Assembly (NCBI GenBank): GCA_035492455.1 | Contig: DATJJE010000021.1 | Span: forward strand, 104,242-168,241 | Length of the DNA: 64,000 bases | Source: Vicinamibacterales bacterium | GTDB taxonomy: Bacteria; Acidobacteriota; Vicinamibacteria; Vicinamibacterales; UBA2999 | Direction: 5' to 3' | In this document: positions 43,351 to 51,768 of the stretch, one piece after another | Layout of the letters: each line of letters begins with the position of its first letter | Numbering within the stretch: the first letter of the stretch is position 1 | The notes under the pieces: model-generated | Database searches by the model: none | Told to the model about the DNA's origin: nothing | What the model saw: the letters and a program-made list of their open reading frames with translations, nothing else | Program-made: the position numbers and the translations under genes

Positions 43351-43387
43351 GGTAGATCAGTCTCTTGTTATCTCCCGAGGAGGTGCT

Positions 43388-43768
43388 ATGGCTGCAAGCG
43401 TTCAGGAACTGCTGGCGGCGGCAAACGCGGCCGTCCCGAAATTGAAGCCGGAGGAAGTGCGCGAAATGACCTCGCGGTCCGACGTGGTGTTCATCGACGT
43501 CCGCGACACGCCGGAAATCCAACAGACAGGCAAGATTCGCGGCGCAATTCATATTCCGAGAGGCATGATCGAGTTCCGCGCCGATCAGGCGACCACGTAT
43601 CACAACCCCGCGCTGCAGAAGGATCGAACGATCGTGCTCTATTGCGCATCCGGCGGACGGTCGGCGCTCGCCGGAAAGACGCTGCGCGACATGGGATATA
43701 CGTCGGTGTACAACGCCGGCGGGATCAAGGAACTGACCGAAGCGGGGCTGCCGACCGAGCCTGCATAA
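43388..43768 (+). CDS. rhodanese-domain protein
   Basis: ATG 43388 follows GGAGGTG. The active-site loop is LYCASGGRSALAG. 126 aa. Confidence 0.85.
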   Translation: MAASVQELLAAANAAVPKLKPEEVREMTSRSDVVFIDVRDTPEIQQTGKIRGAIHIPRGMIEFRADQATTYHNPALQKDRTIVLYCASGGRSALAGKTLRDMGYTSVYNAGGIKELTEAGLPTEPA

Positions 43769-43802
43769 ACGCGACGACTTCCGCGCGCGTAGCAAACGCC
43801 AG

Positions 43803-43837
43803 GAGCCGATCGGCAGCGTAGCAATGCCGATCGGCTC
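43803..43837. terminator. perfect 13-bp inverted repeat between convergent genes
   Basis: GAGCCGATCGGCA-gcgtagcaa-TGCCGATCGGCTC lies between the rhodanese stop (43768) and the stop of the minus-strand gene (43867). Confidence 0.5.
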
Positions 43838-43866
43838 GATCTTCACGCTGCAGCTCAATCTCAGGT

Positions 43867-45120
43867 TCAAGGCGCGCGGGGTGGCGAGCTTTGGAAAGGG
43901 TCGGCGTCCGGCCCCGAATCCGCAAATCCGCCACGCACGAATCCGCCGCATCCACCGATGACGACGCACAGTGTGGCGGGATCGGCGCCACGTCCCTCGG
44001 CGAACGCCCGTTCCGACTCGCGTGCTCCGCTCAGCAGCGCGATCAAGCCGTAGTTGCCTTCGTGACAGCGCGGCTCGTAGAAAATGCGGTTCTCTCTGTC
44101 GCTTTGCTTCTTCAGCTCCTGCCTGGCCGTCCACGGTCGGACCCACGTCGTCGGATCGTCGATCGTCACGACATAGTCGATCGTGTCGGCGTCGATGCGC
44201 GTCCATCGTTCGAGCAGATGCAGGTGTTCGTGAGATCCCTGAAAGTCCGACTTCGGCGAGAAGTTCGTGACATCCACGATCAGCGTATCGCCCTCCCAGT
44301 GCCCGCGCGAGTCTCCCCAGTACTGCCGCATCGTCTCCGGCAGGTGCGGCGCCGTGGTGATTGGAATGATGCGGGGCCGTCCCACGCCGGGGCCGACGTC
44401 ATACACGATCGAGATCACGCCCGGAGACTGGACGATGCGACTGAAACCACCGATGAAATTTCCGAAGTCGGGAAGCGTGCCGTTCAGGCAGCGTTCGGTC
44501 AGCGTCCGGTCTTCGGGTCCATTCGCACGGTTGATGCCCGCGTTCGCGCCCGCACCGATGTAGCTGGGAGGCGTTTCGTTTCGTCTCGGTGAGACCGGGC
44601 CGTACTTTCCTCCTGCGCAGCCCGGGTGATGCTCCTTGCAGGCCTCAGTGGGCTGCAGGAGCGCCAGCTGGAACTGTCGGAAGGCATCGCGCTTCTTCTG
44701 AGCCTCCGGCGTCAGACCAGGGATCCTTCCGTCGGGCGGATCGACAACGAGTGAGGTGCGTCGGCCGACGGGCAGATGGATCGTGAACGGTTCCTGAGCG
44801 AATTCAGTATTGACGTCGCGTTCGGTCCCGCGAGCGCGTCGCTCCTCAGTGCTGTCGCGTTTGATGATGTCGGAAATCTGCCGATCGAGATCGCGGCGTT
44901 CGGCGTCGGAAAAAAATTCCTGGTTGGCGTACTTGGCGGGTCGCTCGAGAGGGATGTCGACGTCCCTCGTCCAGATGCCTTGCAGATCCGGCTCGCCCCA
45001 CGACGTTCTCAACGACGGCTTCGTCCCAACCGGCAGCCCAGTCAAGGACATTATTGCGAACGACGCAACTGCAATCGTCGCCACCACGCCGGCCATCAGG
45101 ACCAGTCGGTGCGTGCTCAT
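43867..45120 (-). CDS. secreted hypothetical protein, W-E-G-x-T-L-V-V family (long subtype)
   Basis: ATG 45120 (MSTHRLVLMAGVVATIAVASFAI) avoids overlap with the upstream gene. Motifs are WGEPDLQGIW, TSLVVDPPDGRIPGLT, RIIPI, SRGHWEGDTLIVDVTNFSPKSDF, IDDPTTWVRPW and CHEGNYGL. Confidence 0.8.
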   Translation of the reverse strand: MSTHRLVLMAGVVATIAVASFAIMSLTGLPVGTKPSLRTSWGEPDLQGIWTRDVDIPLERPAKYANQEFFSDAERRDLDRQISDIIKRDSTEERRARGTERDVNTEFAQEPFTIHLPVGRRTSLVVDPPDGRIPGLTPEAQKKRDAFRQFQLALLQPTEACKEHHPGCAGGKYGPVSPRRNETPPSYIGAGANAGINRANGPEDRTLTERCLNGTLPDFGNFIGGFSRIVQSPGVISIVYDVGPGVGRPRIIPITTAPHLPETMRQYWGDSRGHWEGDTLIVDVTNFSPKSDFQGSHEHLHLLERWTRIDADTIDYVVTIDDPTTWVRPWTARQELKKQSDRENRIFYEPRCHEGNYGLIALLSGARESERAFAEGRGADPATLCVVIGGCGGFVRGGFADSGPDADPFQSSPPRAP

Positions 45121-45137
45121 GACGAAGCGGCGCCATC

Positions 45138-45851
45138 TTACTTCAGCGCGGCGACCTCGGTGCGGGTCAGTGGTCTCCATTTGCCGATGGGCAGCGTGCC
45201 GATGGCAATCGGGCCGATTTTGACGCGCACCAGCTTCAACACCTTCGCGCCAAGCGCTTCGACCATCCGGCGCACCTGACGGTTGCGTCCCTCCGTCAGC
45301 GTGATCTCGAAGTGCGTGTACTTCGCGGAGTCGCGCAGCCGCGAGACGCGGGCGGGACGCGTCACGCCGTCGGAGAGCTCGATGCCCTCGCGCAGCTGCT
45401 GCAGCTGTTCGTGCGATAACACCATCGAAGCTTTCACCAGATACGTCTTCGACACATGCGACGCGGGGTTGGTAACGCGCTCGGCGAACTGGTTGTCGTT
45501 GGTCAGCAGCAGCAAGCCGGACGTGTCGAGATCGAGCCGCCCCACCGGCGAGACGAACGTGCCGACGTCTTTGATGAGGTCGTACACCGTCGGCCGGCCC
45601 TGCGGATCCTTGTAGGTCGTGATGTAACCGGTCGGTTTGTAGAGGAGCACGTAGACGCGCTCGCGCGATGCGAGCGGCTTGTTGTCGAAACGCAGCTGGT
45701 CGCGGCCCATATCAATCCATTGGTCGGGATCCCGTACGACCTTGCCATTCACCTTCACGCGTCCGGCGGCAATCCAGGCGCGCGCTTCGGTGCGCGATCC
45801 GACGCCCGCCTTGGACAGGACGCGCTCGAGCGTCTTCAGCTGACGGCTCAT
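45138..45851 (-). CDS. pseudouridine synthase (RsuA/RluB family) with an S4 domain
   Basis: S4 motif LERVLSKAGVGSRTEARAWIAAGRVKVNG. Catalytic motif VGRLDLDTSGLLLLTND. ATG 45851 is preferred over the track GTG 45890, which would overlap the divergent gene. Confidence 0.9.
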   Translation of the reverse strand: MSRQLKTLERVLSKAGVGSRTEARAWIAAGRVKVNGKVVRDPDQWIDMGRDQLRFDNKPLASRERVYVLLYKPTGYITTYKDPQGRPTVYDLIKDVGTFVSPVGRLDLDTSGLLLLTNDNQFAERVTNPASHVSKTYLVKASMVLSHEQLQQLREGIELSDGVTRPARVSRLRDSAKYTHFEITLTEGRNRQVRRMVEALGAKVLKLVRVKIGPIAIGTLPIGKWRPLTRTEVAALK

Positions 45852-45880
45852 GACATACAATTCTCGTTTCTGGAGGGCAT

Positions 45881-46456
45881 ATGTTTTCACGTCACCTGAT
45901 CACGGCCGGTGCGCTGACCGTGGCCTTTGCCGCCAGCGCCGCGGCGCAGACCGCGTTCACGCTGACGTCGACCACCTTCAAGGACGGCCAGATGATGCCG
46001 CGGAAGGTCGCCAACAAGAACGCGCAGAACCCCAACTGCGTCGGTGAGAATGTGTCACCGCAGCTTTCGTGGAGCGGCGCACCGGAGGGGACCAGGAGCT
46101 TCGCGCTGTTGATGGAGGATCCGGAAGGGCGCGGCGGCGCCGGTGTGCATCACTGGGTGGCCTACGGCATTCCGCCGAACGTCACCAGCTTCGCCGAAGG
46201 CGAGGTGAGCAAGGAGTCGGATAAATATGTCGGCGGCAAGAGCACGCAGGGCGTCGGCTTCTACTCCGGCCCTTGCACGCCGCCCGGATCGCCGCACCAC
46301 TACACGTTTGTCGTCGTCGCCACCGATTTCGATCCGAAAGAGCTGCCACCGGGCCTGACGCGCGAGGAGTTCCTGGCCAAGCTGGTTCCGCAGGGCGGGA
46401 TGTCGCACGCCAAAGGATCGGCAGGTCTGGTCGGCCTGTTCGTCAAACCGCAATAA
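45881..46456 (+). CDS. YbhB/YbcL (PEBP/Raf-kinase-inhibitor-like) family protein, secreted
   Basis: RBS GGAGGG with a signal peptide. Motifs are FTLTSTTFKDGQMMP, NVSPQLSWSGAPEGTRSFALLMEDPEG, HWVAYGIP and HHYTFVVVA. Confidence 0.85.
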   Translation: MFSRHLITAGALTVAFAASAAAQTAFTLTSTTFKDGQMMPRKVANKNAQNPNCVGENVSPQLSWSGAPEGTRSFALLMEDPEGRGGAGVHHWVAYGIPPNVTSFAEGEVSKESDKYVGGKSTQGVGFYSGPCTPPGSPHHYTFVVVATDFDPKELPPGLTREEFLAKLVPQGGMSHAKGSAGLVGLFVKPQ

Positions 46457-46483
46457 CACTCAGGCGCGCATGTTGGCAACGCA

Positions 46484-46507
46484 GGAGCGGTGACCCTTCA
46501 CCGCTCC
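46484..46507. terminator. perfect 10-bp stem hairpin between convergent genes
   Basis: GGAGCGGTGA-ccct-TCACCGCTCC lies between stops at 46456 (+) and 46519 (-). Confidence 0.5.
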
Positions 46508-46518
46508 CTGCGGAGCCG

Positions 46519-47271
46519 TTACGAATACCGCGCGCTGGTGCGGTTGAACAGTCGCAGTCCGAGACCACACGCCAGCGACAGCAGACCGATCAACCCAATC
46601 AGCGGAAGCGGGCTGGCGGTCTTCGGCAACGCAGGCGCAGGCTTTTCCGGTTCGGCTGCTGGAGCTGGGGCCTGAGGCTCCGCGGCTGCGGGCGGCGGTT
46701 CCGGCTGCGGCTCGGGCGCTCCGAAAATCGCCGGCTCGTTCCTGGCGGCCTCTGCCACAGGCGCGAGGCTCGCAGACTCGACGTTGATTTCGCGAATCTT
46801 CAGGTCCGATCCGAGCGGCGAGCCGCCGTTGGTTGGTACAGGCGTGAACGTTCCAGAAGTGCCGACAGGCGTGTCGTGCTCGGCATGTTTCAGCATGCCG
46901 TGAATGACGACGCGACGACCGAGAAGCGGCGCCAGCGCGTCCTCGCCCGCCCCGGTTAATTCGAACGCCTGACCGTTGCCGCGCGCGGCAATGCAGTGCG
47001 TGCTCTCCTGCTCGGTGCTCGGTGTGACGGCCATCTCCGGCCCGCCGATCACGGCGTCAATCAAAATGTATTCGTTGCTGAGGCCGGTGCCTGTTCCTGC
47101 GAACTTGCTGTGCTCATGCTCGCGTCGGTACTCCCGCTCGCCCTGCAAACATCCGACGGCGGTCACTGCCATCTTGTCGTCGCCGGCGAGCGCGGCACGG
47201 CTTCCCCATCCGGCGAAGGCAGATGCCACGATGGTTGCGGCCAGCACGCTGCGTGTGAAACGACTGCTCAT
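46519..47271 (-). CDS. secreted protein with a C-terminal LPxTA-type sorting-signal-like tail
   Basis: ATG 47271 gives the signal peptide MSSRFTRSVLAATIVASAFAGWGSRAALA. A Pro/Ala/Glu-rich stalk (PEPQPEPPPAAAEPQAPAPAAEPEKPAPA) precedes LPKTAS (46612-46629). A hydrophobic helix (PLPLIGLIGLLSLACGLGL) and a basic tail (RLFNRTSARYS) follow. Confidence 0.65.
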   Translation of the reverse strand: MSSRFTRSVLAATIVASAFAGWGSRAALAGDDKMAVTAVGCLQGEREYRREHEHSKFAGTGTGLSNEYILIDAVIGGPEMAVTPSTEQESTHCIAARGNGQAFELTGAGEDALAPLLGRRVVIHGMLKHAEHDTPVGTSGTFTPVPTNGGSPLGSDLKIREINVESASLAPVAEAARNEPAIFGAPEPQPEPPPAAAEPQAPAPAAEPEKPAPALPKTASPLPLIGLIGLLSLACGLGLRLFNRTSARYS

Positions 47272-47470
47272 GGGAACCTCGCTTTCTCTGGCAAACAAAG
47301 GGTGCAAGGCGATATCCCGGTGAGCTCGAGCGCAACACACGCCGGTTTCGTGCGTGAATTGGCGGTGGGGCACGGTGCGATCACCACATGCCGTGAGCAC
47401 AACGTGGATTTGTATCCCGCCCACGGCGGGTGTAGGATTCCGGCCGATCGTTCTTTTTTCAGGGGCAAAT

Positions 47471-47893
47471 ATGACGCGATTCAGCATCAGGGCGCTCGCG
47501 GCCGCAGCACTGGTCGCGCTGCCGGGCCTCGCGATGGCCCATCACTCGATCCAGGCACAGTTCGACATTTACAAGACCATCACCGTCTCGGGCACCGTTG
47601 CGCGCATGGAGTTCATCAACCCCCATTCGTACCTCACCGTCAACGTCAAGGATGCCGACGGCAAGATCACGAAGTGGGCGTTTGAAATGACCGGTCTCGC
47701 CGGTCTGCGCCGCGCCGGTTTGAGCCGCGCCGATCGCGGAGGGTTGAAGCCGGGCGACGAGCTGACGGTGATTGCGCTTGCCGCGCGCGATGGATCGAAC
47801 AGCGGTCTCGCGCAGGAGCTGAAGATGGCCGACGGCCGCGATTTCAAGCTGCTCGCGGATGCACCGGACGCGCCCTCGTCAACCAGCCGCTGA
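47471..47893 (+). CDS. small secreted protein with a predicted His-His mature N-terminus (DUF6152-like by my recollection)
   Basis: ATG 47471 follows AGGGG. The signal peptide ends ..PGLAMA, followed by HHSIQAQF. It also has GTVARMEFINPHSYLTV. It is a paralog of 33339-33725. Confidence 0.7.
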   Translation: MTRFSIRALAAAALVALPGLAMAHHSIQAQFDIYKTITVSGTVARMEFINPHSYLTVNVKDADGKITKWAFEMTGLAGLRRAGLSRADRGGLKPGDELTVIALAARDGSNSGLAQELKMADGRDFKLLADAPDAPSSTSR

Positions 47894-47908
47894 TCAGCGG
47901 AGGCCCCT

Positions 47909-48856
47909 ATGCCTGTGAGCAGCCGAATTGTCGCGACCGCAGCCGCGATCTGTTTTGCCGGCGCAGCGCTGTTCGCCCAGGACGGTGGCGGCGCGCGCCA
48001 GGCGCTGCGCACCACCAACGCCCCGCCGAAGGCAACAGGCACGACGCCGCGCGCACCTGACGGTCATCCAGACCTCACCGGCGTGTGGAACGCGCTCGGC
48101 GACAATCTGAACGGCGTACCAAACCAGATCGCCAACAACGGGATCTCTATCGAGAGTGCGACGGTTGCGCGCGATCTGCACAGCGGTCAACTCGTCACCG
48201 TGTTCCCGCGCCTGGACAACCGGCCCAAGAACAACGAGCAGGCCGAACGGGCGGCCGCGCTGCTGCGCAGAAGCGGATCGAACAGGCCCATCTACAAGCC
48301 GGAATACTGGGACATGGTCAAGTACAACGACCACAACGCCAACGAAGAGGACCCGTCGAACAACTGCATGCCGGCCGGGATCCCGCGCGGCGGCATCCCG
48401 TCCTACATCGCCCAGTTCCCGAACTACGTCGTGTTCATCTATCCGGGACAGGGTGGCCTCATCGCCACACAGACGATGTACCGCATGATTCCGACCGACG
48501 GCCGCAAGCACACGCCGCTGCAGGAGCTCGACGGCAGCTATACCGGCGAGAGCATCGGCCGCTGGGAAGGCGACACGCTCGTCGTCGATTCGTACGGGTT
48601 CAACTCGAACACCTGGTTCGATCAGATCGGCGGCTACATGCACGGTGAGAACATGCATGTCGTCGAGCGCTACAAGCGCGATGGCAATACGCTCACGTGG
48701 ACGGTGACGGTGGAAGACCCGGACTACCTGCTCGAGCCGTGGACATCGACGCCGCGCGTGGCGCTGCTCAACCCCGATCCGAAGGCGATGCTGCCGGAAT
48801 CGCAGCCCTGCAGCGAACGCGACCTCGCTCACACCGTTACCAAAGAGCATCACTGA
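47909..48856 (+). CDS. secreted hypothetical protein, W-E-G-x-T-L-V-V family (short subtype)
   Basis: Signal peptide. Motifs are DGHPDLTGVW, NCMPAGIPR, IPTDGRKH, SIGRWEGDTLVVDSYGF (48551-48601), HVVERYKRDGNTLTWTVTVEDPDYLLEPW and QPCSE. Confidence 0.8.
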   Translation: MPVSSRIVATAAAICFAGAALFAQDGGGARQALRTTNAPPKATGTTPRAPDGHPDLTGVWNALGDNLNGVPNQIANNGISIESATVARDLHSGQLVTVFPRLDNRPKNNEQAERAAALLRRSGSNRPIYKPEYWDMVKYNDHNANEEDPSNNCMPAGIPRGGIPSYIAQFPNYVVFIYPGQGGLIATQTMYRMIPTDGRKHTPLQELDGSYTGESIGRWEGDTLVVDSYGFNSNTWFDQIGGYMHGENMHVVERYKRDGNTLTWTVTVEDPDYLLEPWTSTPRVALLNPDPKAMLPESQPCSERDLAHTVTKEHH

Positions 48857-48858
48857 TC

Positions 48859-49722
48859 ATGACTTTCACGATCCGCGTCGCGCTGGGTGTCGCGCTCGTC
48901 GGCGCGCTGGCCGTTCACTCGGTTGATGCCCAGACGCCCGATCGCGCGAAAACGCTTCGCGCCGCTGCTGAGGCGCTCGGGATGGACCGCTGGTCGGACA
49001 TCGGTTCGGCGGCAAACACCCGTCTGCCTGGCATCGACATCGTCAATACACAGGAACTGATTGCGAGTGGCATGACGGACGTCGGCGGCCGCATGGTGAA
49101 GACAGACGTGCACGTCGCCCTGGGCTACAACCCGGCGGCGATGCGTGTCGAGCTCACGCCTGAAGGCGGTGCCGCGCAGCACACTATTGAGACGGTGCGC
49201 GAAACATGGGCGTGGAACGAATCGCAGATCGGAGGCGGTCTCGTTCCAGGAAAGGGGACCGCCACGCCAGCGATGGCGGCGGTTCGTGAACGGCTGCTCC
49301 GCCTGTGGACCCTTCCCTTCGGCGTGGTCAAGGCGGCATATGCCGGCGGTGACAAGACGGTCGTGTCAACCGAAGGAGGCGCGACGGTGATCACGGCGCC
49401 GCTCGGCGGTCCACTTGCGGGGATGAGCGTGAGGGCCACCCTCGACGCCAAGAGCTTGATTACGAAGGTTGAGGCACGCGCCGATAACCCGGCGCTCGCG
49501 AATCTGGCGTCAGAAGCGACACAGATGGAATACTCCGACTACGCGGACCACGCGGAAGTGCTGACCGACATCAAGACCCCTGGTCACATCGTCGGCAAAC
49601 GTGACGGCCGCACCGTGTTCGATCTCACCGTGAAATCCTGGGAGACGAATAACCCTTACGTCGTTTTCCCCGTGCCACCGAATGTGAAGGCGGCTTCCGC
49701 TGCGTCGCCGACTTCGCGCTGA
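48859..49722 (+). CDS. secreted hypothetical protein
   Basis: The ATG at 48859 lies 2 nt after the preceding stop. Signal peptide is MTFTIRVALGVALVGALAVHSVDAQ. I recognise no family. It appears co-transcribed with the two preceding genes. Confidence 0.65.
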   Translation: MTFTIRVALGVALVGALAVHSVDAQTPDRAKTLRAAAEALGMDRWSDIGSAANTRLPGIDIVNTQELIASGMTDVGGRMVKTDVHVALGYNPAAMRVELTPEGGAAQHTIETVRETWAWNESQIGGGLVPGKGTATPAMAAVRERLLRLWTLPFGVVKAAYAGGDKTVVSTEGGATVITAPLGGPLAGMSVRATLDAKSLITKVEARADNPALANLASEATQMEYSDYADHAEVLTDIKTPGHIVGKRDGRTVFDLTVKSWETNNPYVVFPVPPNVKAASAASPTSR

Positions 49723-50131
49723 GCGCTTCCGACACGTCATACGCTTCACGCAGCCAGTCGGTAACAGGTGACTCCACCTCGTCACGATGCGTGATGCGGA
49801 TGACGTGGGCGCGCTTCACCTTCGACGATTCGACGACCGTGCGGATCTGAGGCGCCTTCACCACACGGCCGATGAAGAACACCACCTCGAGGTAATTGCG
49901 CTTCGGGCGCACAAAGAAGTAGCACGCCTTGCGCGAGAACATGATGGAATTGTGCGAGGCGTAGATGCGCTGCTCGCCGAAATCGGCGGCGGTGTCGCGC
50001 AGCCGCTTCCAGGCTTCGCGCAGGTCCTCGGAGAGTTCACGCGTCAGCGCAGCTTCCGTCGTCGTCCAGCAGTCATGCTTCTCGCCCTCGGCGATCCACT
50101 GCTTGCAGTGATAGCACTCGTGCCCTCGCAC
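49625..50131 (-). CDS. hypothetical protein with an N-terminal CxxC...HxC motif (DUF5655-like, tentative)
   Basis: 168 aa. Starts MRGHECYHCKQWIAEGEKHDC. The core is RIYASHNSIMFSRKACYFFVRPKRNYLEVVFF. The last ~33 codons overlap the 3' end of the convergent gene. Confidence 0.55.
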   Translation of the reverse strand: MRGHECYHCKQWIAEGEKHDCWTTTEAALTRELSEDLREAWKRLRDTAADFGEQRIYASHNSIMFSRKACYFFVRPKRNYLEVVFFIGRVVKAPQIRTVVESSKVKRAHVIRITHRDEVESPVTDWLREAYDVSEALSAKSATQRKPPSHSVARGKRRKGYSSPRISR

Positions 50132-50199
50132 GCCTCTAGCCTACATGCGCCGCGCACGTCGCTGCCTCGTTTGCTATAGTTCAGGTTTCAATCGCCATC

Positions 50200-50670
50200 A
50201 TGGAATATCTGACCGCGCTGCATGACAGCGCTTTCTCGACCTGGATCCGCGAAGCGGAAACTGTCTGGGCGTTCCCCACCGTACTGACCGTTCACACCTT
50301 CGGCATGATGCTTCTCGTCGGCTGCGCATGGGTCATGGATCTGCGCCTGCTCGGTGTTGGGCGCACCATTCCCATCGGGCCGCTGCGGCCGCTGTTCCGC
50401 ATCATGTGGTTCGCGTTCTGGATCAACCTGGCGACTGGCGTTCTGCTGTTCATCGCCGACCCGGAACGCAAGGCGACGTCGATGCTGTTCTGGTCGAAGA
50501 TGCTGCTGATCCTGATCAACCTGCCGCTGATCAAACGACTCGAGCGCGCCGTGTTCGGGAACACGTCGGCGCCGACCGTCGTCTCTGGTGGTGCACGGCA
50601 GCTTGCGGCGGTGTCGGCCGCCCTCTGGGCGGGGACCATCTTCGCCGGGCGTCTGCTGGGGTACATGTAG
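50200..50670 (+). CDS. integral membrane protein, unknown function
   Basis: 156 aa with about 4 hydrophobic helices. Motif FPTVLTVHTFGMMLLVGCAWVMDLRLLG. Confidence 0.65.
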   Translation: MEYLTALHDSAFSTWIREAETVWAFPTVLTVHTFGMMLLVGCAWVMDLRLLGVGRTIPIGPLRPLFRIMWFAFWINLATGVLLFIADPERKATSMLFWSKMLLILINLPLIKRLERAVFGNTSAPTVVSGGARQLAAVSAALWAGTIFAGRLLGYM

Positions 50671-50674
50671 CCCT

Positions 50675-51652
50675 ATGTCAGAACTCATCACTCCGGGAAA
50701 CCTCTCGCACCTGCACTTATTGCTCAACCATTTCCCGACCGTCGGCCTCACCGTCGCGTTCGCGCTCCTGATCGTCTCGATTCTCAGCGACAGCGAGGCG
50801 ATGAAGCACGACACGATGCGTCCGACCGCGCTTGGAGTCTTGTTCGCCATCGCGGTGATGACACTGCCGGTGTTCACCACCGGCCTCGCCGCAGAAGGCG
50901 CGATCGAGAAGCTTCCCGGCGTTTCGAAGGCGGCGATGGACGCGCACGAGAACTCGGCGTTGCTCGCGTTCGTGGTGCTCGAGCTGGCCGGAGCGTCGGC
51001 GTGGTTCGGGCTGTGGCGGTGGCGGCGGACACGTCGCATCCCGCCGGGCATCACCATCCTGACGTTCGTGCTCTCGGCGGTGTCGCTCGGACTGATGACC
51101 ATCGCCGCAAGCATCGGCGGCGGCATCCGTCATCCGGAGATCCTCGCGGACCCGAGCACCGCCGGCGCGCAGTCGGCGTTCTCTATGTCAGCGGCTGGTG
51201 TCGCGTTTTTCGTCAACGGCCGTGGTCATCAGTGGGTGTGGCCGACGCTCGAGAGCGCGCACTTCGTCGGCATGACGCTCTGGTTCGGCATCCTGCTGAT
51301 CGCCAACTTGCGCCTGATGGGATGGTTCACCGCTATCCCCTATCCCTCTCTGCATCGCCTGCTGCCGTGGGCGTTGCTTGGCTTCGGCGTCAACGAGGTC
51401 AGCGGCATGATGTTCTACATCGCCACGCCGAAGGGCTACACCACCAACGTCGTCTTCTACTGGAAGTTGATCTTCCTGCTGATCGCCGCAGCCGATCTCC
51501 TCTACCTGACCGTGTGGCCGCAGGCATGGAGAACGGAGGCGGGGACGCCGGTACATGTGCGCGAGCGCGTCATCGGCGCGGCCGCGCTGGCCACCTTCGT
51601 CGCCGTGATGTACTGCGGTCGGATGTTGCCGTTCCTCGGCAACTCATTCTGA
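50675..51652 (+). CDS. integral membrane protein; the C-terminal half is related to the preceding gene product
   Basis: The ATG at 50675 lies 4 nt after the upstream stop, giving a 325-aa multi-TM protein. The C-terminal half (WPTLESAHFVGMTLWFGILLIANLRLMG...) repeats the H..G....LRL.G pattern of 50200-50670. Confidence 0.65.
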   Translation: MSELITPGNLSHLHLLLNHFPTVGLTVAFALLIVSILSDSEAMKHDTMRPTALGVLFAIAVMTLPVFTTGLAAEGAIEKLPGVSKAAMDAHENSALLAFVVLELAGASAWFGLWRWRRTRRIPPGITILTFVLSAVSLGLMTIAASIGGGIRHPEILADPSTAGAQSAFSMSAAGVAFFVNGRGHQWVWPTLESAHFVGMTLWFGILLIANLRLMGWFTAIPYPSLHRLLPWALLGFGVNEVSGMMFYIATPKGYTTNVVFYWKLIFLLIAAADLLYLTVWPQAWRTEAGTPVHVRERVIGAAALATFVAVMYCGRMLPFLGNSF

Positions 51653-51768
51653 GTCTTACTGGAGCGTCTCAACAGATGTACTGGTTTTCACGACAGCCCT
51701 TCGACCGCGGATCGTCTGGCCGCGACATGGGAACGGCCAGCATTGTTTTGGGAAGGATGCACCGGTAA

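Noticed and set aside
41755-43821. 688-aa plus-strand ORF spanning two W-E-G family genes and the rhodanese gene region
   Set aside because: It is antisense to two genes that have signal peptides and conserved family motifs. Its translation is Arg/Asp/Gly-rich with no recognisable features.
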